Origin: Scyliorhinus canicula
Taxonomy: Eukaryota
Assembly: GCF_902713615.1 (NCBI RefSeq)
Contig: NC_052157.1
Location: 61,220,146 to 61,284,145, forward strand
Length of the DNA stretch: 64,000 nucleotides
Direction of reading: 5' to 3'
Shown here: positions 46,101 to 56,400 of the stretch, in pieces
How the letters are laid out: each line of letters begins with the position of its first letter
Position numbering within the stretch: the first letter of the stretch is position 1
Program-made: the position numbers and the translations under genes
Notes under the pieces: generated by a model
Database searches by the model: none
Seen by the model: the letters and a program-made list of their open reading frames with translations, nothing else
What the model was told of the DNA's origin: nothing

Positions 46101-48074
46101 CGATACAGATTCAAAGCTCCCCTGATGGCTTCTTGACGCAGACCATGGAGCTTACCTGGTTCTGTGACCTTTGATATGATGCCTTGGTCCTTGAGGTCTT
46201 GCAGTTGCTGCTGGAGGCGGTCCTTGAGGGGTGCCTGCACCCGATGTGGTGTGTGAACCACAGGGGTGGCGTTTGGTTTCAGTAGGATTTTGTATCGGTA
46301 TTGGAGTGTGCCCATACCTTCGAACACGCTATGGTATTGCGTTATGATGTCATCAATTTCAACCTGGAAGTTTTCACAGGTGAGGCCGTCGCCTGTGAGG
46401 ATGACATGGTGTGGACTCACTGAACCAGGTTCAGGAGTTTACAGGCCCGAACACTGAGCAGGGAAGCTCTGTTGGTCCTACAATCTGAAATCGCAGCGTC
46501 GCTTTAAATGACTTGTTGGAAACTCCAAGCTGGCATGAGCCACTGGCAGCAATGGCATTGCCATTGTAGTCAAGGAGCTAGCAGGCCGGTGGAAGAATGC
46601 TTGGTCTGATGCGGATGGTGTTGAGAACAGATTTTGAAATGAGGTTTGCAGAAGCGCCGGTGTCCAGCTTGAAACGGATGCGAGCCTTATTCACTGTGAG
46701 GACAGCACACTATTCGTCGTCCGGATCCAGGCTTAGGATTGGGAGGTGTTGCACCATCTTTGGGAAAGGCAGCGTATGCTTAGCAATGATGCCAACCCGG
46801 AATTGGTATTTGAGGCACTCGGCGTCTGGATCTGTCGGGCTGTCGGGGTCGGAGTCTGGCACAGCCTCCTGTATCGAATGGACGCTTCTGCACCGTGGTC
46901 GGGATTGCTGGATGCCGGGCAGTGGAGCAGATCTGCAAAGGGCTGCGTAATGGCCAAGCTTACCACACTGTAGACACCGTTGTGATTTTGCCGGACATTG
47001 CCGCTTTAAATGGGCGGAGCCACAATTCAAACACGTCATGATGCCAACGTCAGCGCGTTCCGTACGCCAACGCGCATCCGCAGTGCGGTCAAATGATGTG
47101 CACACCTGCGCAGGCTGGTCATCGGTTCCGCCGTCCCCTCGGTCGTGGCGCGCATGCGCTGGAGCACGGGAAAAGCGCGCAAAATGGCCACTCTCGTCAA
47201 GACTCAGGCCCTGCATTTGAGAAATGGCCTGTACGCGTTCCGCCTCGTGGGTGGTGAGCTTTGCCGTTTCTGCCGCCCTGATGTAGGAGTACCGGTTGTT
47301 AGCATGCTCGTGGAGGACGCACGTTTCGATGGCGATAGTGAGGGTGACCCGCTTGGCTTTCAGGAGCTGCTGGTGAAGGGAGTCAGAGTGGACCTCAAAA
47401 ACGATCTGATCACAGATCATGGAGTCGGTTGTGGAGTCGTTACATGACTGCGCGAGGATGCAGAGATGGGTCAAAAAAGACTGAAAAGGTTCATCCTTAC
47501 CCTGAAGCCTCTGCTGGAAAACGTATCCTTCAAAGCTCTCATTCACCTCAATGTCACAGTGGCTGTCGAACTTGAGCAGGACTGTTTTAAATTTGGTCTT
47601 CAGCGAATGTAAGGGAGTTGTAGATGTGGATGGCGTGGTCCCCGGCTGTGGAGAGGAAGAGCGCGATCTTCCTGGCATCTGATGCGGCCTCGAGGTCTGT
47701 GGCTTCGAGATGGAGTTAGAACTTCTGTTTGAAGATCTTCCAATTTGCACTGAGGTTGCCGGCGATGCGGAGCGCGGCGGAGGGCGGACGTTTTCCATGT
47801 CCCCGGATGGCTGCTGGCTGGTCAGCGCTGATTCACTTAAGGTAGGTCCGTCAATCTTCAGTTTCCAAAACTGGTACCATGATGTGTTGGGTAGGCTGGG
47901 TCTAGGTGGACTGCGTTTGATGCAGTGTAGCGAGAGACAGACTTCCAACACTCGATGAGATGCAAGACGATTTTATTTAACAGCTAACTATTTACATATC
48001 CGACTGTGGGTTGACACTATGCTGACTTGACTGGAGACCTGATGCTAGCCTGACCAGACCTTCTGACTACCACA
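43171..48074 (-). mobile_element. Ty3/Gypsy (Mag-like) LTR retrotransposon 4, decayed; 3' LTR 43171-43571 (401 bp), 5' LTR 47880-48074 (only 195 bp)
   Basis: Direct repeats, PBS TGGTACCAG (tRNA-Leu UAA-like), PPT gaaaaaaaaggggggggaga, and a 5-bp TSD CCTCT (43166-43170 and 48075-48079). Confidence 0.93.
43800..47798 (-). pseudogene. Disrupted gag-pol of element 4
   Basis: Gag with CLNCGSAHLKRQC/CLQCGKLGHYAALC, protease FKLDTGAS (~46650-46680), RT (45259-46089, YVDA), RNase H and integrase core (43800-44726). Frameshifts and an internal deletion near 44730-44820. Confidence 0.9.
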
Positions 48075-48231
48075 CCTCTGACAGTACTGCGCTCCCTCAT
48101 CACTGACCCTCCAACAGTGCAGCACTCTCTTAGTACATGTCTTCCAACAGTGCCGCACTCCCTCAGTACTGACCCTCTGACAGTGCAGTACTTATGCTGT
48201 TTGAGTTTGTGTGGAATGAACTAGGACTTAC

Positions 48232-48588
48232 CAAGGACCTGGAGTTGGACAGGGTCTTTAAAAACGTGATCGCCGTAGCCCTCTGCATCGACATAAAAGT
48301 AGTACACGTCACTGTCTGCGGGACTGACATTATTAATCCTCAATGAACAATTCTTCCCATCCAAGTCTCCAATTATTTTTGCACGTCCCACAAATGTGGT
48401 CATCGCATAATTGGGATCTTTTGTGTATGCAACAGTATATTTCCAGTAATACCAATATTTATACCAAGCTGCGTTCAATGCTGTGTAAGAATGTGAAGGA
48501 ATGTCAAAGATACACGGTATCACCACACAAGAACTGCTGATGGCTCTCCTTGGCAGTGCCTTCATCGACCATTCCCCTGAGGTCCCAC
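48232..48588 (-). CDS. Siglec/MAG-like receptor, V-set Ig exon (357 nt, phase 1-1)
   Basis: ctttcAG|GT acceptor and CTT G|GTaagt donor. Translation has Siglec V-set hallmarks CVVIPC, W in the C strand, GRAKIIGDLDGKNCSLRI and DSDVYYF (B-E intra-sheet Cys pair, no F-strand Cys). Confidence 0.93.
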
Positions 48589-49946
48589 CTGAAAGGCAAT
48601 AAGGGAGGGGACAGGAGATCAAAAAGCTGAACATCATTTAACTGGACAGAGACTGTAGACTGTGGTACAGAGGAACCTGGGTGCCCTGACACATGAATCA
48701 CTGAGAGTCAGTGTGCAGTCACAGCAAATGATTAAGAAGGCAAATGGAATGTTGTCCTTTATTGTGACGGGGGCTGGGGTATAAAAGTAGGGGAGTCTTC
48801 CGACAACTGTACAGGGTATTGGTGAGACTGCACCTGGAGCAGAGAAGGTTAACTGATTCCTGGGATGAAGGGGGTTTGTCTGATGAGGAAAAGTTGAGCA
48901 GGTTTGTGCCCGTTGGAGTTTAGAAAATGACAGGCGATCTTATTGAAACTTATAAGATTCTGAGGGGGGCTTGACAGGGTGGATACTGAAAGAATATTTT
49001 CCCCTCATGGGGGTATCCTGTGAAGCAACATAGAGGTTTTATTGTGTTAAAGGCTATATAAATGCAGTGTCATTTCTATTTAAATAAGTTATCTGATGGC
49101 TTGTTCCAACTGATCACTTAGAAATCAGCTGTCTATTTTCAGACACACCCTGTCATGACCAGTGTCACCAGTGACCCCAAACTCTCGTATGAAATTCTAT
49201 TTCAATCCCAGCGGGAGGATTGCATCCAATTCTAGGCCTGTCACACATTGGGATTGATGTCCAGGGGCGAAGAAGTTCCACTAGTGTGGAGAGACTGGGA
49301 AAAGCCGCGATTCTCCTCAGAGCTGAAAAGGCGAAGGGGGAGATTGAATCAAGGCATTCAAAAACATGAGGGGGTTTGGTTAGAGTAAACAAGGAAAAAG
49401 TGTTTCCAGTGGTAGGTGGCTCGGTAACCAGAGGGACACAGATTGAAGAGAATTGGGAAAAGAACCGGCAGGGGGGATGGGGGGGGGGGGGGGAGGGGGC
49501 GATGGGGGGGGGGGGAGGGTGGCAGTAGGGTGGGGGGGGGGGCAGTAGGGTGGGGGGGGGGGGGAAGAGATGAGAAGAAGTTACTTTACATAGATAGTTG
49601 TGATCTGGAAGATGCTGCCCGACAGGGCGGTAGAAGCAGATTCAACAGGAACTTTCAAAAGGGGGAACTGGATAATTACTTGAAGGGAATTTGGCAAGGC
49701 TGTGGTGGGGGGCGGTGGGGGGGGGGGTTTGGTGGGGGCCGGAGAAGTGGAGCCTGATTGGATACATGTTTCAAAGAGCCATCACAGGCATTTGGTCCGA
49801 ATGGCCTCCTTTTTGCTATTTTCTATCACTCACCATTTATTCAAGCATGATTGATCACAAATTATGTTCTCTGACATTAAAAGTTAACTTTCAAAATCCA
49901 GGAATCAATCAAATTTCATGAGTTCAGATCAGTAGTTTATTTGTAC

Positions 49947-49992
49947 CTGGCAGCAAAATGCAGCAGATCAACATCAGTCTCACCACTCCCAT
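49947..49992 (-). CDS. Siglec/MAG-like receptor, coding exon 1 (signal peptide MGVVRLMLICCILLP-G); exon includes 13 nt of 5' UTR up to 50005
   Basis: Minus strand reads polypyrimidine tttttcatttAG|actggacgtaaagATG...CTG CCA G|GTacaa. Hydrophobic 15-aa leader; the phase-1 donor matches the V exon acceptor. Not in the ORF track. Confidence 0.85.
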
Positions 49993-50409
49993 CTTTACGT
50001 CCAGTCTAAATGAAAAATTAAAAAGACAGAGGCTTTGTCAGACATTGCACTCATTTCCCTCCCTCAACCAACAAAAACTGGTGTTAAACTGGCTCTCTCG
50101 GGAGGTAAATAACCCCGGGGTTAAACGAACATCAAACCAAGGAATGAGAGGTTGGAAAACAATGCCTCCGAACAATTCACCCAACAGCCTGTCCGGGGAG
50201 GCTGGTACGGGAATCAAACCGTGCTGCTGGCCTGCATTGGTCTGCTTTCAAAGCCAGCGATTTAGCACAGTGTGCTAAACCAGCCCCAAACACAGAAAGA
50301 TGTGGTTTTAAGATTTGCTCAATATATCATCACAAAACCCAGGATGTCTTCCCACTTCACGTACCAGGGGATGCAGCACGGTTAAAGTCAATGAGAGGAG
50401 AATGCTGCA

Positions 50410-53400
50410 TTGTTGGAAAGTCAGTTAGAGAGGGTGCTGCACTGGCGGAGGGTCAGGACTGAGGGAGCGCTGCATTGTCAGAGGGCCAGTACTGAGGGAG
50501 TGCTGCACTGTCAGAGGGTCAGGACTGAGGGAGTGCTGCAATGTCAGAGGGTCAGTACTGAGGGGGAGCTGCATTGTCAGAGGGTCAGTACTGAGGGAGT
50601 GCTGCATTGTCAGAGGGCCAGTACTGAGGGAGTGCTGCACTGTCTGAGGGTCAGGACTGAGGTAGCGCTGCATTGTCAGAGGGTCAGTACTGAGGGAGAG
50701 CTGCACTGTCGGAGGGTCAGGACTGAGGGAGTGCTGCAATGTCAGAGGGTCAGTACTGAGGGGGAGCTGCATTGTCAGAGGGTCAGTACTGAGGGATCGC
50801 TGTACCGTCGGAGGGTCAGTACTGAGGGAGTGCTGCACAGTCAGAGGGTCAGTACTGAGGGAGTGCTGCATTGCCAGAGGGTCAGTACTGAGGTAGTGCT
50901 GCACTGTCGGAGGGTCAGGACTGAGGTAGCACTGCATTGTCGGAGGGTCAGGAATGAGGGAGTGCTGCACATTAGGAGGGTTAGTACTATAGGAGTGCTG
51001 CACTGTCAGAGGGTCAGTACAGAGGGAATGCTGCACTGTCAGAGGATCAGTATAGAAGGAGCGCTGCACTGTCGGAGGGTGAGTACTGAGGGAGTGCTGC
51101 ACTGCCAGAGGGTCAGTACAGCAGGAGTGCTGCTCTGCCAGAGGATCAGTACAGCTGGAGTGCTGCACTGTCAGAGGGTCAGTACTAAGGGAGTGCTGTA
51201 CTGTCAGAGGGTCAGTACTGAGTGAGTGCTGCACTGTCGGAGGGTCAGTACTGAGGGAATGCTACACTGTTGGAGGGTCAGTACTGAGTTAGTGCTGCAC
51301 TGTCGGAGGGGCAGTACTGAGAGAGTGCTGCATTGTCGGAGGGTCAGTTCAGAGTGAGTGCTGCACTGTTGGAGCGTCAGTATTGAGGGAGAGCTGCAAT
51401 GTCAGAGAGTCAGTACTGAGGGAGTGCTGCACTGTCAGAGGGTCAGTACTGAGGGAGTGCTGCACTGTCAGAGGGTCAGTACTGACAGAGTGCTGCACTG
51501 TCAGAGGGTCAGTACTGAGGGAGTGCTGCACTGTCAGAGGGTCAGTACTGACAGAGTGCTGCACTGTCAGAGGGTAAGTACTGAGGGAACGCTGCACTGT
51601 CAGAGGGTCAGTACTGAGGGAGCGCTGCAGTGTCAGAGATTCATTACTGAGGGAGTGCTGCACTGTCAGAGGGTCAGGAGTGAGGGAGTGCTGCACTGTC
51701 AGAGGGTCAGTACTGAGGGAGTGCTGCACTGTCGGAGGGTCGGTACTGAGAGATTGCTGCATTGTCGGAGTGTCAGTTCAGAGTGAGTGCTGCACTGTTG
51801 GAGCGTCAGTATTGAGGGGGAGCTGCACTGTCAGAGAGTCAGTACTGAGGGAGAGCTGCACTGTCAGAGAGTCAGTACTGACAGAGTGCTGCACTGTCAG
51901 AGGGTCAGTACTGAGGGAGTGCTGTACTGCCAGAGGATCAGTACTGCAGGAGTGCTGCACTGCCAGAGGATCAGTACTGCAGGAGTGCTGCACTGTCAAA
52001 GGATCAGTACTGCAGGAGTGCTGCACTGTCAGAGGGTCAGCAATGAGTGAGTGCTGCACTGTTGGAGGGTCAGTACTGAGGGAACGCTGCACTGTCAGAC
52101 GGTCAGTCCTGAGGGAATGCTGCACTGTCGGAGGGCCAGTACTGAGGGAGTGCTGCTCTGTCACAGGGTCAGTACTGAGGGAGTGCTGCACTGATGGGTC
52201 AGCACAGAGCAAGCACTGCACTGGCAGAGGGTCAGTACTGAGGGAGTGCAGCACTGTCAGAGATTCAGTACTGAGGGAGTGCTGCACTGTCAGAGGGTCA
52301 GGACTGAGGGAGTGCTGCACTGTCAGAGGGTCAGTACTGAGGGAGTGCGCAATGTGAGAGCGTCAGAACTGAGGGAGTGCTGCACTGCCAGAGGATCAGT
52401 ACTGCAGGAGTGCTGCACTGTCAGAGGTTCAGTACTGAGGGAGTGCTGCAATGTCAGAGGGTCAGTACTGAGAGAGTGCTTTACTGTCACAGGGTCAGTA
52501 CTGAGGAAGTATTGCACAGTCAGAGGGTCAGGGCTGAGGGAGTCCTGCACTGTCAGAGGGTTAGTACTGAGGGAGTGCTGCACTGTCAGAGGGTCAGTAC
52601 TGAGGGAGTGCTGCACTGTCAGAGGGTCAGTACTGCGGGAGTGCTGAACTGACAGAGAGCAAGTACTGAGGGAGTGCTGCACTGTCAGAGGGTCAGTACT
52701 GAGGGACCATTGCACAGTCAGAGGGTCAGTACTGAGGGAGTGCTGCACTGTCAGAGGGTCAGTACTGAGGGAGTGCTGCACTGTCAGAGGGTCAGTACTG
52801 AGGGAGTGCTGCACTGACGGGTCAGTACTGAGCTAGCGCTGCACTGCCAGAGGGTCAGTACTGAGGGAGTGCTGCACTGTCAGAGGGTCAGTACTGAGGG
52901 AGTGTTGCACTGTCAGAGGGTTAGTACTGAGGGAGTGCTGCACTGTCAGAGGGTCAGTACTGAGGGAGCGCTGCACTGTCAGAGGGTCAGTACTGGGGGA
53001 GTGCAGCACTGTCAGAGGATCAGTACAGAAGAAGCGCTGAACGGTCGGAGGGTCAGTACTGAGGGAGTGCTGCACTGTCAGATGGACAGTACAGAGGGAG
53101 TGCTGCACTGTCAGAGGATCAGTACAGAAGGAGCGCTGCACTGTCGGAGGGTGAGTACAGAGGGAGTGCTGCACTGTAAACGGGTTAGTACTGGGGGAGT
53201 GCGCACTGTCAGAGGGTCAGTACTGGGGTAGTGCTGCACTGTCAGATGGTCAGTACAGAGGGAGTGCTACACTGCCAGAGGATCAGTACTGCAGGAGTGC
53301 TGCACTGTCAGAGGGTCAGTACTGCAGGAGTGCTGCACTGTCAGAGGATCAGTACTGAGTGAGTGCTGCATTGTCGGAGGGTCAGTTCAGAGTGAGAGCT

Positions 53401-56400
53401 GCACTGTTGGAGCGTCAGTATTGAGGGAAAGCTACACTGTCAGAGAGTCAGTACTGAGGGAGTGCTGCACTGTCAGAGGATCAATACAGAGGAGAGCTGC
53501 ACTGTCAGAGGGTGAGTACTGAGGGAGTGCTGCACTGTCAGAGGGTCAGTACTGAGGGAATGCTGCACTGTCAGAGGATCAGTACTGAGGGAGTGCTGCA
53601 CTGCCAGAAGATCAGTACGGCAGGAGTGTTGCACTGTCAAAGGATCAGTACTGCAGGAGTGCTGCACTGTCAGAGGATGAGTACTGAGGGAAAGCTGCAC
53701 TGTCAGACGGTCAGTCTTGAGGGAATGCTGCACTGTCAGAGGGCCAGTTCAGAGTGAGTGCTGCACTATTGGAGTGTCAGTATTGAGGGAGAGCTGCACT
53801 GTCAGAGGGTCAATACTGAGGAAACGCTGCACTGTCAGACCGTCAGTCCTGAGGGAATGCTGCAGTGTCGGAGGGCCAGTACTGAGGGAGTGCTGCACTG
53901 TCACAGGGTCAGTACTGAGGGAGTGCTGCACTGTCAGCGGGTCAGGACTGAGCGTGTGCTGCACTGTCAGAGGGTCAGTACTGAGGGGGTTCTGCACTGT
54001 CAACGGGTTAGTACTGAGGGAGTGCGCACTGTCAGAGCATCAGTACTCAGGGAGTGCTGCACTGCCAGAGGGTCAGTACTGGTGTAGTGCTGCACTGTGA
54101 GATGGTCAGTACAGAGGGAGTGCTGCACTGTCACAGGGTCAGTACTGAGGGAGCGCTGCACTGTCAGCGGGTCAGGACTGAGCGAGTGCTGCAGTGTCGG
54201 AGGGCCAGTACTGAGGGAGTGCTGCACTGTCACAGGGTCAGTACTGAGGGAGTGCGCACTGTCAGAGCATCAGTACTGAGAGAGTGCTGCACTGCCAGAG
54301 GGTCAGTACTGGTGTAGTGCTGCACTGTGAGATGGTCAGTACAGAGGGAGTGCTGCACTTCCAGAGGGTCAGTACTGAGGGAGTGCTGCACTGTCAGAGG
54401 GTCAGTACATGAGGGAATGCTGCACTGTCAGAGGATCAGAACAGAAGGAACGCTGTACTGAAAGAGGTTCAGTACTGCAGGAGTGCTGCACTGTCAGAGG
54501 TTCAGTACTGAGGGAGTGCTGCACTGTCAGAGGGTTAGTACTGAGGGAGTGCTGCACTGTCAGAGGTTCAGTACAGAGGGAATGCTGCACTGTCAGAGGA
54601 TCAGTACAGAAGGAACGCTGCACTGTCGGAGGGTGAGTACTGAGGGAGTGCTGCACTGCCAGAGTATCAGTACAGCAGGAGTGCTGCACTGCCAGAGGGT
54701 CTGTACTGAGAAAATGCTGCACTGCCAGTTGATCAGTACTGCAGGAGTGCTGCACTGTCAGAGGGTCAGTACTAAGGGGGAGCTGTACTGTCAGAGGGTG
54801 AGTACTGAGGGAGTGCTGCACTGTCAGAGGATCAGTACAGAGGAGCACTGCTCTGTCGGAGGGTGAGTACTGCAGGAGTGCTGCACTGTCAGAGGATCAG
54901 TACTGAGGGAGTGCTGCACTGCCAGAGGATCAGTACTGCAGGAGTGCTGCACTGTCAGAGGTTCAGTACTGAGGTAGTACTGCACTCTCGGAGTGTCAGT
55001 ACTGAGAGAGTGCTGCATTGTCGTAGGGTCAATTCAGAGTGAGTGCTGCAATGCTGGAGCATCAGTATTGAGGGAGAGCTGCACTGTCAGAGGGTCAGTA
55101 CTGAGGGTGTGCTGCACTGTCAGAGGATCAGTACAGAGGGAATGCTGCACTGTCAGAGGGTCAGTACTGAGGGAGTGCTGCACTTTAGGAGGGTTACTAT
55201 TGCAGGAGTGCTGCACTGTCAGAGGGTCAGTAATTAGCGAGTGCTGCACTGTCAGAGGGTCAGTACTGTGGGTGTGCTGCACTGTCAGAGGGTCAGTAAT
55301 TAGCGAGTGCTGCACTGTCAGAGGGTCAGTACTGTGGGTGTGCTGCACTGTCAGAGGGTCAGTACTGAGGGAGTGCTGCACTGTCAGAGGGCCAGTACTG
55401 AGGTAGTCCTGCACTGTCGGATGGTCAGTACTGAGGTAGTGCTGCCCTATCGGAGGGTCAGTACTGTGAGAGTGCTGCATTGTCGGATGGTCAGTTCAGA
55501 GTGAGTGCTGCACTGTTGGAGCGTCAGTATTGAGGGAGAGCTGCACTGTCAGAGGGTCAGTACTGAGGGAGTGCTGCACTGTCAGGGTGTCTGTACAGAG
55601 GGAATGCTGCATTGTCAGAGGTTCAGTACAGAAGGAGTGCTGCACTGTCAGAGGGTGAGTACTGAGCGAGTGCTGCACTGTCAGAGGGTCAGTACTGACA
55701 GAGTGCTGCACTGTCGGAGGGTCAGTACTGAGGGAACGCTGCACTGTCAGACGGTTAGTCCTGAGGGAATGCTGCACTGTCGGAGGGTCAGTACTAAGTT
55801 AGTGCTGCACTGTCGGAGGGTCAGTACTGAGAGAGTGCTGCATTGTCGGAGGGTCAGTTCAGAGTGAGGGCTGCACTGTTGGAGCGTCAGTATTGAGGGA
55901 GAGCTGTACTGTCAGAGGGTCAGTACTGAGTGAGTGCTGCATTGTCGGAGGGTCAGTTCAGAGTGGGTGCTGCACTGTAGGAGCGTCAGTATTGAGGGAA
56001 AGCTGCACTGTCAGAGAGTCAGTACTGAGGGAGTGCTGCACTGTCAGAGGATCAATACAGAGGAGAGCTGCACTGTCAGAGGGTGAGTACTGAGGGAGTG
56101 CTGCACTGTCAGAGGTCAGTACTGAGGGAGTGCTGCACTGTCAGAAAATCAGTACTGAGGGAGTGCTGCACTGCCAGAGGATCAGTACGGCAGGAGTGTT
56201 GCACTGTCAAAGGATCAGTACTGCAGGAGTGCTGCATTGTCGGAGGGCCAGTTCAGAGTGAGTTCTGCACTATTGGAGTGTCAGTATTGAGGGAGAGCTG
56301 CACTGTCAGAGGGTCAATACTGAGGAAACGCTGCACTGTCGGACCGTCAGCCCTGAGGGAATGCTGCAGTGTCGGAAGGCCAGTACTGAGGGAGTGCTGC

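Larger units (their letters stand above)
42910..48190 (+). repeat. Short degenerate 33-bp satellite block (42910-43170 and 48075-48190) split by element 4; another short block at ~41790-41855
   Basis: Same unit and orientation as 16860-26400. Confidence 0.8.

Noticed and set aside
48221-48637. Rearranging Ig/TCR/IgNAR V segment
   Set aside because: It has no F-strand YYC and no RSS, ends in a normal splice donor, and has a Siglec-type Cys pattern.
8615-49992. Assigning the symbol MAG, CD22 or SIGLEC1
   Set aside because: It has four Ig domains (MAG 5, CD22 7, SIGLEC1 17), no essential Arg and only family-level similarity; orthology needs phylogeny and synteny.
50359-50400. Possible first (5' UTR) exon ending at a CTG|GTACGT donor (50364)
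   Set aside because: Only a donor-like hexamer is present with no supporting promoter evidence; it needs transcript data.
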